A stretch of DNA of 64,000 nt from Eledone cirrhosa (lineage: Eukaryota): the NCBI GenBank assembly GCA_964016885.1, contig OZ024752.1, positions 32,364,001-32,428,000 of the forward strand, given 5' to 3'. The notes under the pieces were generated by a model, which had not been told where the DNA came from, did not search any database, and saw only the letters and a list, made by a program, of their open reading frames with translations. This document shows, piece after piece, positions 27,534 to 44,117 of the stretch. Made by a program: the position numbers and the translations under genes. Each line of letters begins with the position of its first letter. Positions within the stretch are counted from its first letter, which is position 1.

Positions 27534-28430
27534 TCTTTGCCTTTCATCCTTATGGGGTCGATAAAATAAAGTACCAGTAATACACTGGGATAATTGCTGG
27601 CCTTGTGCCAAAAGTAGAAAACAATTATTTTATTCTTCGCCTTTCATCCTTATGGGGTCGATAAAATAAAGTACCAGTAATACACTGGGATAATTGCTGG
27701 CCTTGTGCCAAAAGTAGAAAACAATTATTTTATTCTTTGCCTTTCATCCTTATGGGGTCGATAAAATAAAGTACCAGTAATACACTGGGATAATTGCTGG
27801 CCTTGTGCCAAAAGTAGAAAACAATTATTTTATTCTTTGCCTTTCATCCTTATGGGGTCGATAAAATAAAGTACCAGTAATACACTGGGATAATTGCTGG
27901 CCTTGTGCCAAAAGTAGAAAACAATTATTTTATTCTTCGCCTTTCATCCTTATGGGGTCGATAAAATAAAGTACCAGTAATACACTGGGATAATTGCTGG
28001 CCTTGTGCCAAAAGTAGAAAACAATTATTTTATTCTTTGCCTTTCATCCTTATGGGGTCGATAAAATAAAGTACCAGTAATACACTGGGATAATTGCTAG
28101 CCTTGTGCCAAAAGTAGAAAACAATTATTTTATTCTTTGCCTTTCATCCTTATGGGGTCGATAAAATAAAGTACCAGTAATACACTGGAATAATTGCTGG
28201 CCTTGTGCCAAAAGTAGAAAACAATTATTTTATTCTTTGCCTTTCATCCTTATGGGGTCGATAAAATAAAGTACCAGTAATACACTGGGATAATTGCTGG
28301 TCTTGTGCCAAAAGTAGAAAACAATTATTTTATTCTTCGCCTTTCATCCTTATGGGGTCGATAAAATAAAGTACCAGTAATACACTGGGATAATTGCTGG
28401 CCTTGTGCCAAAAGTAGAAACAATTATTTT
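27534..28430 (+). repeat. 100-bp tandem array (about 9 copies) of the SINE 3' half
   Basis: ctttcatccttatggggtcgataaaataaagtaccag... recurs every 100 bp. Confidence 0.97.
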
Positions 28431-28661
28431 TTAAATTATTTTATTTATCTTTGTTTACTTTTAATAAAAAGTAATTAAAAATAATTAAAAAATAATATAA
28501 ATAAATAAATAATCAAAGAAGAAAAGAAAGAAAAAAAATAAGAATAAAAAAGAAAAAGAAAAAAAAAAGAAGCAAAGCGAGATTCTAGATTTAGTAAAAT
28601 GTTGAATCAAAAGACACCTTGACTAGTTCGTTTTTATCTGAGGAAGACGACACTTGAGTGA

Positions 28662-28852
28662 TAATTGTTTCTACTTTTGGCACAAGGCCAGCAATTAACC
28701 CAGTGTATTACTGGTACTTTATTTTATCGACCCCGTAAGGATGAAAGGCAAAGTCAACCTCGGCGGGATTTGAACTCAGAATGGCAAGGGCCGTAACTCA
28801 ATGCTAGAAAGCGTGGCGTCCGACCCTCTACCGATACTGCCAATTCACCGCC
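28662..28852 (-). mobile_element. tRNA-derived SINE
   Basis: Same family as 483-675. Confidence 0.85.
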
Positions 28853-29079
28853 CTTCAACCGACAGTTGAGTGATAATAGAAAATAGGCGGTGTATATAGA
28901 CTTCCACTCTCCCTGGGGGTGTGTTGGAGGGTGTTGGGGAGGGGTGGGAGTTATGTTGTGTGTGTGTGTGTATGTGTGTGTGTGTGTGTTCTTCATAATT
29001 GTGTATGCGGTCCGTGATTGTGTTGTGTTCTTCATAACTGCGTGTTTGTATTGTCCGTGACTGAGTGTTGTCCGTGATT

Positions 29080-31810
29080 GTGTTGTGTGTGATTGTGTAT
29101 GTGTGTGATTGTGTATGTCCGTGATTGTGTTGTGTGTGATTGTGTATGTGTGTGATTGTGTATGTGTGTGATTGTGTATGTGTGTGATTGTGTATGTGTG
29201 TGTAGGTATGGGTGCTGTCGCTCCCAAGTGTAGTGTGTATGTGTGTGAATGTGTATGTGTGTGTAGATATAGGTGCTGTCGCTCCCCAAGTGTAGTGTGT
29301 GTGTGATTGTGTATGTGTGTGTAGGTATGGGTGCTGTCGCTCCCAAGTGTAGTGTGTATGTGTGTGATTGTGTATGTGTGTGTGTAGGTATGGGTGCTGT
29401 CGCTCCCAAGTGTAGTGTGTATGTGTGTGATTGTGTATGTGTGTGTGTAGGTATGGGTGCTGTCGCTCCCAAGTGTAGTGTGTATGTGTGTGATTGTGTA
29501 TGTGTGTGTGTAGGTATGGGTGCTGTCGCTCCCAAGTGTAGTGTGTATGCGTGTGATTGTGTATGTGTGTGTAGGTATGGGTGCTGTCGCTCCCAAGTGT
29601 AGTGTGTATGTGTGTGATTGTGTATGTGTGTGTAGGTATGGGTGCTGTCGCTCCCAAGTGTAGTGTGTATGTGTGTGAATGTGTATGTGTGTGTAGGTAT
29701 GGGTGCTGTCGCTCCCAAGTGTAGTGTGTATGTGTGTGATTGTGTATGTGTGTGTGTAGGTATGGGTGCTGTCGCTCCCAAGTGTAGTGTGTATGTGTGT
29801 GATTGTGTATGTGTGTGTGTAGGTATGGGTGCTGTCGCTCCCAAGTGTAGTGTGTATGTGTGTGAATGTGTATGTGTGTGTGTAGGTATGGGTGCTGTCG
29901 CTCCCAAGTGTAGTGTGTATGTGTTTGATTGTGTATGTGTGTGTGTGGGTATGGGTGCTGTCACTCCCAAGTGTAGTGTGTATGTGTGTGATTGTGTATG
30001 TGTGTGTGTAGGTATGGGTGCTGTCGCTCCCCAGTGTAGTGTGTATGTGTGTGATTGTGTATGTGTGTGTGTAGGTATGGGTGCTGTCGCTCCCCAGTGT
30101 AGTGTGTATGTGTGTGATTGTGTATGTGTGTGTGTAGGTATGGGTGCTGTCGCTCCCAAGTGTAGTGTGTATGTGTGTGAATGTGTATGTGTGTGTAGAT
30201 ATAGGTGCTGTCGCTCCCAAGTGTAGTGTGTATGTGTGTGATTGTGTATGTGTGTGTAGGTATGGGTGCTGTCCCTCCCAAGTGTAGTGTGTATGTGTGT
30301 GATTGTGTATGTGTGTGTGTAGGTATGGGTGCTGTCGCTCCCAAGTGTAGTGTGTATGTGTGTGATTGTGTATGTGTGTGTGTAGGTATGGGTGCTGTCG
30401 CTCCCAAGTGTAGTGTGTATGTGTGTGATTGTGTATGTGTGTGTAGGTATGGGTGCTGTCCCTCCCAAGTGTAGTGTGTATGTGTGTGATTGTGTATGTG
30501 TGTGTGTAGGTATGGGTGCTGTCGCTCCCAAGTGTAGTGTGTATGTGTGTGATTGTGTATGTGTGTGTGTAGGTATGGGTGCTGTCGCTCCCCAAGTGTG
30601 GTGTGTATGTGTGTGATTGTGTATGTGTGTGTAGGTATGGGTGCTGTCGCTCCCCAAGTGTGGTGTGTATGTGTGTGATTGTGTATGCGTGTGAATGTGT
30701 ATGTGTGTGAATGTGTATGTGTGTGAATGTGTATGTGTGTGAATGTGTATGTGTGTGTGTGTGTATGTGTGTGAATGTGTATGTGTGTGATTGTGTGTGA
30801 ATGTGTGTGATTGTGTATGTGTGTATGTGTGTGATTGTGTATGTGTGTGTGTAGTTATGGGTGCTGTCGCTCCCAAGTGTAGTGTGTGTGTGTGATTGTG
30901 TATGTGTGTGTGTAGGTATGGGTGCTGTCGCTCCCCAAGTGTGGTGTGTATGTGTGTGATTGTGTATGTGTGTGTGTAGGTATGGGTGCTGTCGCTCCCC
31001 AAGTGTAGTGTGTGTGTGTGATTGTGTGTGTGTAGGTATGGGTGCTGTCGCTCCCCAAGTGTGGTGTGTATGTGTGTGATTGTGTATGTGTGTGTAGGTA
31101 TGGGTGCTGTCGCTCCAAGTGTAGTGTGTATGTGTGTGAATGTGTATGTGTGTGTAGATATAGGTGCTGTCGCTCCCCAAGTGTAGTGTGTATGTGTGTG
31201 ATTGTGTATGTGTGTGTAGGTATGGGTGCTGTCGCTCCCCAGTGTAGTGTGTATGTGTGTGATTGTGTATGTGTGTGTAGGTATGGGTGCTGTCGCTCCC
31301 CAAGTGTGGTGTGTATGTGTGTGATTGTGTATGTGTGTGAATGTGTATGTGTGTGAATGTGTATGTGTGTGATTGTGTATGTGTGTGAATGTGTATGTGT
31401 GTGATTGTGTATGTGTGTGATTGTGTATGTGTGTGAATGTGTATGTGTGTGATTGTGTATCATTGTGTATGTGTGTGAATGTGTGTGAATGTGTATGTGT
31501 GTGATTGTGTGTGAATGTGTATGTGTGTGATTGTGTATGTGTGTATGTGTGTGATTGTGTATGTGTGTGAATGTGTATGTGTGTGATTGTGTATGTGTGT
31601 GATTGTGTATGTGTGTGATTGTGTATGTGTGTGAATGTGTATGTGTGTGATTGTGTATGTGTGTGATTGTGTATGTGTGTGATTGTGTATGTGTGTGTAG
31701 GTATGGGTGCTGTCGCTCCCAAGTGTAGTGTGTATGTGTGTGATTGTGTATGTGTGTGTGTAGGTATGGGTGCTGTCGCTGCCAAGTGTAGTGTGTATGT
31801 GTGTGATTGT
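29080..31810. repeat. About 60-63-bp GT-rich minisatellite
   Basis: Core gtaggtatgggtgctgtcgctcccaagtgtagt plus gtgtatgtgtgtgatt spacers. Confidence 0.95.
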
Positions 31811-31999
31811 TCCAAAGCGAGAGAGAGAGAGAAGGAAAGAGAGAGGGAGAACGTTCATAAGAGTGTGTTTGATTGTTCCTGAGAGTGTGTATGTGTGATC
31901 GTTCTTGAGAGAGAGAGGGTGTGTGTGTGTGCGTGTGTGTGTATTTGTATGTGTGATCGTTCTTGAGAGAGGGTGTGTGTGTGCGTGCGTGTGTGTACA

Positions 32000-32097
32000 C
32001 GTGTGTGCACGCATGTATCTCCGAGATTGTGTGTGTATATCTTTCCGAGAGATTGCGTGTGGATGCATGCATCTCATAGAGATTGTGTTTGTGTGTG

Positions 32098-32131
<34 letters not shown>

Positions 32132-32286
32132 TGTGTATGTGTGTGTGTCTCCGAGAGAGAGAGCGGGAGAGTGTGTGTGTGTGTGCATGTCTCTCCGAAT
32201 CTCCGAGTGTGTGTGTGTGTATCTCCGAGAGAGAGAGCGGGAGAGTGTGTGTGTGTGTGTGTGTGCGCATGTCTCTCCGAATCTCC

Positions 32287-32356
<70 letters not shown>

Positions 32357-32757
32357 CTCCGAGAGAGTGCGGGAGAGAAAGTGTGCGCATGTCGCTCCGA
32401 ATCTCCGAGTGTGTGTGTGTGTATCTCCGAGAGAGAGAGTGCGGGAGAGAGAGTGTGTGTGTGTGTGTGTGCGCGCGCATGTCTCTCCGAATCTCCGAGA
32501 GTGTGTGTGTGTATGTATCTCCGAGAGAGAGCGGGAGAGAGTGTGTGTGTGTGTGTGTGCATGTATCTCCGAATCACCGAGAGAGAGAGTGTGTGTGTGT
32601 ATGTACTTCCGAGAGAGAGAGAGAGTGTATGTGTGTGTATGTATCTCCGAGAGAGTGAGAGAGAGCGGGAGAATGTGTGTGTGTGTGTGTGTGTGTGCAT
32701 GTATCTCCGAATCACTGAGAGAGAGTGTGTGTGCGCATGTACTTCCGAGAGAGAGAG

Positions 32758-32804
<47 letters not shown>

Positions 32805-33118
32805 GCGCATGTATCCCCGAGAGTTCGTGCGTGACTGTAAGCGTGCGTATGATGACACTAACTTGCCAAAGCTAGTCTGTAAAGACGTAGGAATGTAAAA
32901 TCGTCTGCTAATATTATTTGGGAAGGAAAAAAAACTGCAGATTAAATAAAAAGAGAAACAATTTCATGAAATTTCTTGGTGGAAAATAATGTGGGAATCG
33001 TTTGGAACTGGGAGAGGAATAACAGGTTAAATCAGAGAAACAGTTTGAGGTAGAGAGATAGAGCTTGTGTGTGTGGGGGGGGGGGGGAGAGGGGGGAGGG
33101 TCGTTGAAGAGGAGGAGC

Positions 33119-33149
<31 letters not shown>

Positions 33150-33171
33150 GGTCGCTGAAGAGGAGGAGCGC

Positions 33172-33204
<33 letters not shown>

Positions 33205-33258
33205 TCGTTGAAGAGGAGTGTGTATGAGAGAGAGAGAGGGTCGTTGAAGAGGAGGAGC

Positions 33259-33289
<31 letters not shown>

Positions 33290-33442
33290 CGTCGTTGACG
33301 AGAAGGAGTGTGTGTGTATGAGAGAGAGAGAGGGGGTCGTTGACGAGAAGGAGCGTGTGTGTGAGAGAGAGAGGGAGGGTCGTTGACGAGAAGGAGTGTG
33401 TGTATGTGTGTGAGAGAGAGAGGGTCGTTGAAGAGGAGGAGC

Positions 33443-33473
<31 letters not shown>

Positions 33474-33728
33474 GGTCGTTGACGAGAAGGAGCGTGTGTG
33501 TGAGAGAGGGACGAGGAGAGGGTGTATGTGTGTGTGTGTGTGTGTGTGTGAGGGACGAGGAGAGGAAGTGAGTGTGTGAGGGAGGGTCGTGGACGAGGAG
33601 AGGGTGTATGTGTGTGTGAGAGAGGGACGAGGAGAGGAAGTGAGTGTGTGTGTGTGAGAGAGGGTGTGTGTGTGTGAGAAAGAGAGAGGGGCGAGGAGAG
33701 GAAATGTGTGTGTGTGAGAGGGACGAGG

Positions 33729-33766
<38 letters not shown>

Positions 33767-33855
33767 AGGGACGAGGAGAGGAAATGTGTGTATGATGGAG
33801 GGTCCTGGACGAGGAGAGGGTGTATGTGTGTGTGTGAGAGGGTCGTGGACGAGGA

Positions 33856-33889
<34 letters not shown>

Positions 33890-33950
33890 CGAGAGGAAGT
33901 GTGTGTGTGGGAGGGTCGTGGACGAGGAGAGGGTGTATGTGTGAGAGAGA
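32000..33950. repeat. Two compound (GT)n/(GA)n minisatellites (tctccga core, then gtcgttga/gacgagga core)
   Basis: Direct reading; separated by unique sequence at about 32830-33060. Confidence 0.85.
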
Positions 33951-34483
33951 TAGAGAGAAGGCTAGATAGATAGACAGATAGCTAGCTAGCTATATAGATG
34001 TATACACTCAGCATTATAGTAGATGTTCGGTGAACCGATACGTGCATATATATATTATGTGCATGTATGTATATATATACATACTACTGTGGGTCTGTAT
34101 ACATATATATATATGTGTGTGCATGTATGTATATATATACATACTACTGTGGGTCTGTATACATATATATATATATATATATATGTGTGCATGTATGTAT
34201 ATATATACATACTACTGTGCGTCTGTATACATATATGTATGTGCGTCTGTATACATACATACTTACATTTAAGTAACTGCCGTACTAGGAGTGAGAAATG
34301 AAATTTCGTTTCATTCTATTCCATTCATAGGTGTATAGATATCTATCAATAGATAGATGTATAGATAGATAGGTAGGTAGATAGATAGATAGATAGACGT
34401 ATAGACAAATGAATAGATAGATAAATATAGACACAGATACATAGATAGATAGACAAATGTAGGCACTAATAGACATATAGATA

Positions 34484-35000
34484 GATTTCTTTATTAGCCA
34501 CAAGGGCGCAACAAGAAAGGGGACAATACAAAGACATGCCGGGGATTTTACATACAGTCGTGTAAAAAATATAAAAACAAACAATTTCAACAATCGAAAT
34601 CCCCAATAGGGGGGAGGCGCCACAAATGGGTTGTTTAATACCCCGTCGATAGAACAACCCTCAACTCGAGGAGCGTGTTGTGCAAGTGCACCTTTCTTCC
34701 TTTTGCTCTCTTCCTCAACCTACAGGCTTATAAACAGAGAAGGCCCAATCCCTCGGGCCATTTTCGCTTCATTCACCCACCTTTCAGTAAATTTACTGGG
34801 GTGCAGTGCGTCTCTCTCCACCCTGATTCTCCTTCTAAAGTGATACTTAAAGAAGGGAATCAATTGTTGTCCGGAGAGAAAGGCATCTGTCCTCAGATAA
34901 ATACATAGATAGACAGATATATTTCTTTATTTGCCACAAGGGCGCACAAGAAAAGGGGACAATAGAAAGATACATGCCAGGGATTTTACATACAGTCCTG
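34484..35000 (-). mobile_element. Tx1/L1-like LINE 3' ends (two pieces)
   Basis: Reverse-complement homology to 50190-50597. Confidence 0.75.
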
Positions 35001-35575
35001 TTTTACATACAGTCGTGTTATTGAACCAAACAAGATATCTTTCTTTACAAACAAGATAGATGGGTATCTAAATACATTGAGCGCCTGATCATTACAAACT
35101 GAAGAAATACTCTCTCTTAATAGATCCTAAAAACGAGGGGGGGGGGGGCAGTCGTAAGCACTTGGTCCTTTTCTTCTTCTTCTTCTTCTTCTTCTTCTTC
35201 TTCTTCTTCTTCTTCAACCTTCCCACCAACCCTTGTTATATTCTGCGCGCACACGCGTGTTAGTTGCTACGCCACGAACAAATGTGCGTATATATGTATA
35301 TATAACTATATGTGCGTATTTATATAAATATATATATATATATATAAGTACATATATATATATATATATATAAATATATATATATATGCCTATATATATA
35401 TATATATATATATATACAGGCATATATAATGTATATATTTATATATGTATATATTTATATATTTATATATGTATATATTTATATATAATGAAAAATTGAA
35501 CAGGGACAGAACAGAGAGGCAGTACGATAAATGTTTATTAAATTCACGCTCAGGAGAGTGGGGGGTAGGTGGGGG

Positions 35576-35607
35576 ACGACGTTTCGGGCATAAGCCCTTC
35601 TTCAGGT
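35576..35607 (-). ncRNA. Minimal hammerhead motif
   Basis: CTGAAGA a GGGC ttat GCCC GAAA CG TC; stem I only 2 bp. Confidence 0.55.
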
Positions 35608-35977
35608 GAGAAGTGTGTGGGATATTTATATATATATATATAACGAAGGAAATGTGGTAAGGAACCAGGTGGACCATAACGCACCAAAGTACTCAATACT
35701 TGAGGTAGTAGAGTGGGTAATAGGAACCAGTAAGACCCCGACAGCTGAGCTCAAGCCGTTTCGACGGCTAATTCTGTCCAGAATTAGCCGTCGAAACGGC
35801 TTGAGCTCAGCTGTCGGGGTCTTACTGGTTCCTATATATATATATATATAATATATATATATATATACACACACACACACGATTATTTATTTATTTATTT
35901 ATGTGTAAACACACACACATTCGTACTTATGCATGTGTAAGTATATAAGCTCATCTGTGTACATACACACTTCTCTC

Positions 35978-36035
<58 letters not shown>

Positions 36036-36164
36036 TAGAAGGGATATTTAATTTGTTGGAAATACAACAAATATAAATGTTTATAACTGATTCAGAGCAC
36101 TCGACAAATTTCTGGAGTAAATATTCAATGATATTAAATGGAAACTATATTTATAAAACCATAT

Positions 36165-36226
36165 TTATTCTGTTATATATATTTCAAGGGTACCAAAATT
36201 TTGGTACGCTATCATCAGATAAAATA
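36165..36226 (-). ncRNA. Hammerhead ribozyme (family B), left arm of palindrome 36127-36450
   Basis: Reverse complement of 36351-36412. Confidence 0.75.
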
Positions 36227-36350
36227 CAAAGAGTGTTTTATAAATATTTGACATAACCAAGGATAAATTACCTTAACGGTTCAAGGGGTAACTTCAACCG
36301 TTAAGGTATATTATCCTTGGTTATGTCAAATATTTATAAAACACTCTTTG

Positions 36351-36412
36351 TATTTTATCTGATGATAGCGTACCAAAATTTTGGTACCCTTGAAATATAT
36401 ATAACAGAATAA
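36351..36412 (+). ncRNA. Hammerhead ribozyme (family B), right arm
   Basis: CTGATGA 36359-36365, gtaccaaaattttggtac, GAAA 36392-36395, TATATA TA. Confidence 0.75.
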
Positions 36413-36450
36413 ATATGGTTTTATAAATATAGTTTCCATTTAATATCATT

Positions 36451-38828
<2,378 letters not shown>

Positions 38829-38926
38829 TAGGAGGTGAGTTTTATTGTAGTACAATAAAGCAGTGCAGTGTTGATTTAAAACTGCACTATCCACAAGTGT
38901 TTTTTAGCCTTCATATCATGTCCTCC

Positions 38927-38997
38927 TGTTTTATCTGATGAAAACACAAATATTATTGCATGATGATGTTTGTTTTTGAAATGCGCATAATAAAATA
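38927..38997 (+). ncRNA. Type I hammerhead ribozyme (family G)
   Basis: tgttttat CTGATGA, stem II caaatattatt/gatgatgtttg, GAAA TGCGCA TA ataaaata. Confidence 0.85.
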
Positions 38998-39052
38998 CAT
39001 GGAACTCCTTTAACCATCTTCTGTTCTTATATATTATCTATGTATATATATG

Positions 39053-39083
<31 letters not shown>

Positions 39084-39919
39084 GTATGTATATGTATATA
39101 TATGTATGTATACATATATATACATATGTATACATATATATACATATGTATACATATATATACATATGTATACATATATATACATATGTATACATATATA
39201 TACATATGTATACATATATATATGTATACATATATATACATATGTATACATATATATACATATGTATATATATGTATATACATATATATGTATATACATA
39301 TATATGTATATACACATATATATATATATATCCATATATATATATATATTATATATATATACTTATATAGTTATATACACATATATATATACACATATCT
39401 ATAGATATAGATATATAGATATTAATATATAGATGTATAGATATATATATATATATAGATATTAATATATAGATATATAGATATAGATATATAGATATTA
39501 ATATATAGATATATATATAGATATATAGATATTAATATATAGATATATATATAGATATTAATATATAGATATATAGATATATATATATAGATATTAATAT
39601 ATAGATATATATATAGATATTAATATATAGATATATATATAGATATATATATATAGATATTAATATATAGATGTATATATAGATGTATATAGATATATAT
39701 AGATATATATAGATATATATAGATATATATATATAGATATCTATAACTATAGATATATATATAGATATCTATAACTATATATATATCTATAGATATATCT
39801 ATATATATAGATCTATCTATCTATATATATATATACACACATATATTTAGATATATATATATATATACACACACACACATATATACATATATACATATAT
39901 ATGTATATACATATATACT

Positions 39920-39959
<40 letters not shown>

Positions 39960-39990
39960 TATCCATATATATATACACATATATCCATAT

Positions 39991-40053
<63 letters not shown>

Positions 40054-40488
40054 TTTATACATATATTTATACATATACACACAATATACATATATATATA
40101 TATATATATAAACATACATACACACACACACGCATTCATGTGCATGATTACGTGAATGACCGAAAGTGTGTATATGCGTTTTCCCTTTTGAAGCGGTGTG
40201 CTTATAAAAAGAAATGACAGACCTGAACAGGGAAACAGACGATGGCTCATTTCGGCTGGCACCTGGTCATTCAAGAGAGGAAGAATATATTTGGAGAGAT
40301 GGAGGGATTAGCAGGTGAGAGACGGTGAGTGGATATGGTGTAAAATACTCATCCGCCTCCACAGAAACGAGCGACGAATCTTGATACATACATACATACA
40401 TACATACACACATACATACATTTATACATACATATATACATACATACATACACTCATACGTAGACACACACACACACACGCACACACA

Positions 40489-40574
<86 letters not shown>

Positions 40575-40784
40575 TGTATATATTGAATAATATACGAAAT
40601 GTTCATGTAAATAAACATTTTTTTACAGCTCTGGTGTGAATTTTACTCCCGTATATATATATGATTTCTAAAGAATGAAACAGTTCTAGTCCTGTAGAAT
40701 CTCATCTATATTAAAACTTTTATACTCCGCAATGTATTGAGTACCTTACTTACTGTGGTTACCTCCGATTCAACCCGGAATAAC

Positions 40785-40829
<45 letters not shown>

Positions 40830-40859
40830 AGATCAAAAGATGGTTAAAGGAGTTCCATG

Positions 40860-40930
40860 TATTTTATTATGCGCATTTCAAAAACAAACATCATCATGCA
40901 ATAATATTTGTGTTTTCATCAGATAAAACA
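40860..40930 (-). ncRNA. Hammerhead ribozyme (family G), left arm of palindrome 40823-41150
   Basis: Reverse complement of 41043-41113. Confidence 0.85.
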
Positions 40931-41042
40931 GGAGAACATGATATGAAGGCTAAAAAACACTTGTGGATAGTGCAGTTTTAAATCTACATATATAAAACTG
41001 CACTATCCACAAGTGTTTTTTAGCCTTCATATCATGTTCTCC

Positions 41043-41113
41043 TGTTTTATCTGATGAAAACACAAATATTATTGCATGATGATGTTTGTTTTTGAAATGC
41101 GCATAATAAAATA
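41043..41113 (+). ncRNA. Hammerhead ribozyme (family G), right arm
   Basis: CTGATGA 41051-41057; GAAA TGCGCA TA ataaaata. Confidence 0.85.
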
Positions 41114-41234
41114 CATGGAACTCCTTTAACCATCTTTTGATCTTATATTATGCATACTCCAGTCCTACAAACTGTAGAGTGCTTCTTATCCGATATCTGC
41201 ATTGCTTTATTGTACTACAATAAAACTCACCTCC

Positions 41235-41298
<64 letters not shown>

Positions 41299-41455
41299 GT
41301 GTGTGTGTGTGTAGATGTCGGAAGCAATAACAGTTAAAAAAGGTACTCAATACATTGGTAGAGTAAAGTCATATATATATAACCAAATGTTAAACTGCCA
41401 AGACTGGAATTGAACCATCAGCACAGTTGAGGTATGTCATACATCAATTTATGTA

Positions 41456-41517
41456 TTTTATCTGATGAGGACGTACTGAAAAAACAGCACAGTGCCTACG
41501 AAATATATATAATAAAA
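41456..41517 (+). ncRNA. Type I hammerhead ribozyme (family F)
   Basis: ttttat CTGATGA ...gtactg/cagtgc... GAAA TATATA TA ataaaa. Confidence 0.7.
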
Positions 41518-41563
41518 CATATATTTTGATTGTGACTGTATCCATTTATTAATATTTTGAATA

Positions 41564-41598
<35 letters not shown>

Positions 41599-41616
41599 AA
41601 TATATATATAATATAT

Positions 41617-41676
<60 letters not shown>

Positions 41677-41727
41677 AGAATTAGCCGTCGAAACGGCTTG
41701 AGCTCAGCCGTCGGGGTCTTACTTGTT

Positions 41728-41768
<41 letters not shown>

Positions 41769-41922
41769 GACTTCTGCTGGACGAGGACTGTTTCATTCGC
41801 ATGAAATCATCAGCAATGATGATTTCATCCGTGTGAAACAGTTCTAGTCCTGTAGAAGTCATTCATATATAATATATACAATGATATTAAATAAATGGAA
41901 ACTATATTTATAAAACCATATT

Positions 41923-41987
41923 TATTTTATTTTATATATTTCAAGGGCAACCAAGACAACATTGGTGCGCTTTCATCAGATAAAATA
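41923..41987 (-). ncRNA. Hammerhead ribozyme (family B), cleavage site degenerate
   Basis: tattttat CTGATGA ...accaa/ttggt... GAAA TATATA AA ataaaata. Confidence 0.6.
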
Positions 41988-42087
41988 CAAAGTTTATAAT
42001 ATTTACTCCAGTAAATTGTTGAGTGCTCTAAATCGGTTATAAACATTTATATTTGTCGGACTTCCAGAAAATTAAATACCACTTCTA

Positions 42088-42143
<56 letters not shown>

Positions 42144-42490
42144 GTGTGTGTGTGTGTGTGTGTATTTGTATATATATATAAATATATTTGTGTGTATATA
42201 GATAACGAAATAAATTTGGTAAGTGTTTGATAGAAAGAAAATGGTAGACAGAAGCATGCGAATGGAAATCCGTTCTCCTGTATCGATGAGAGATGTTGAA
42301 GACGCTAAGGTGAATGGTAAGGAATCGATGTTGTAACGGTAAATGGGAAGACTTGCGATAACAATATAAGGAACACACACACACATGTCCTTGCTTATAT
42401 ACATACAAACATATTTACATACAGACATATCTATATATATATATGTGTGTGTATATTTATATACCTCTGTGTTGTTACCGTTTAAATTTG

Positions 42491-42545
<55 letters not shown>

Positions 42546-42728
42546 TATATATATACATACTCATATAAACACACACACACACACACACACATAGATATAT
42601 ACATACTCATACAAACACACACATAGATTATACATACTCATACAAACACACACACACACAGACACACACATATATACATATATATGTATATATACCCACA
42701 CACATAGATATATACATACTCACACACA

Positions 42729-42761
<33 letters not shown>

Positions 42762-44083
42762 TTATATATATATGCATGTATGCAAACAGACACACACATA
42801 CATACACACAGACATATACATATATATATATATATATATACATACCGCCTTATACACACGTACACATACATATATAAACATTTCTGTGTACAATAGAAAG
42901 AAATGGGTGTGTGACTGTAATGGTTTATTAATCTACACATACCGACAAACATGCAAGCATACTGACATGCATATATTTATACAGACATGCATGCATACAC
43001 ACGCACATATACACATGCACATGCACACATACACATATACACACATATATGTAGTGTATAGATTCGGAGGAAGAAAGAAATGACAACTGAAAAAATATGA
43101 GGAAAGAACGAAAATGAAAAAAAAAAAAAAAATGAAATGAAAAAGAAATTAGATGACATGAAAGAACGAAAATAAATGAACAAAAATGAAGGAGAAAGTG
43201 TTTGAATGAAGGAGAAAATTGTTAAATGATCGAATGAAATAAAGAAAGAATGAAAATGAAAAAAAATGAGGAAATTAGATGACACGAAAGAACGAAAATA
43301 AATGAACGAAAATGAGCGAAAATGAACGAGCAAGTGGTTGGAATGAAAGCGCAAATAACTGGATGAAGGAGCAAGTGGTTGAATGAACGAGCAAGTGGTT
43401 GAACGAAAGCGCAAGTAACTGAATGAAGGAGCAAGTGGTTGAATGAAGGAGTGAAAGAGTAAGGACAAGAAAGAATAATGAAATTATTTCTACATACCGT
43501 CATGTCCTGTATCACTGGCAATACTTGAGGACATTGAAATATCCAGTTTTATATTAATATAAGCACAGCAAACTGATCGCTGGCATTATATAATCTAGAG
43601 TTTATACTTCTTCAATTTTTCCGGCTGTTTGTGGTTTCTTTAAGGTTTTTTCTATCTGTTTTATATACCCTCCTTTCTCTTTAGTGTCACACAAATCAAG
43701 ATCCAACGAAGCAAACACAACACCAACTATAACAACAACAATGTAGTAGTACTAGTAGTAGTAGTAGAAGGAGGAGGTGTGTGTATATTAAAAAAAATAT
43801 ATATATATATATGTGTGTGTGTTGTTTCGCTTCCCCAACAACAAGCTGCACTGTGATGGTGACGTCACTTAACTAGCTAGTTCTCTTTCCCTCATACTCT
43901 CTCTTTCTCTCTTTCTCCTCTCTTTCTCTTCTCTCTTTCTCATCTCTCTCCAATTTCAACCATTCCCTGCCGCCGCTAACTAGACAAGGGAGGTAACTCT
44001 TCAAAGCAAACACCTTCTGCCTTTCTTCTTTTCTTTCTTTTTTTCTTTTTCTTTCTTTCTTTTTATTTCTTTTTCTTTCTTTT

Positions 44084-44117
<34 letters not shown>

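Noticed and set aside
20045-28430. CRISPR-like appearance of the 47-bp and 100-bp arrays
   Set aside because: No unique spacers, no cas genes, and a eukaryotic context.
28754-32875. Large His/Thr and Val/Cys ORFs
   Set aside because: Translations of GT/CA minisatellites.
41763-41865. Second edited palindrome
   Set aside because: Arm mismatches are mixed transitions and transversions with no polarity.
43858-43867. CRE-like palindrome GTGACGTCAC
   Set aside because: A single short motif with no associated gene evidence.
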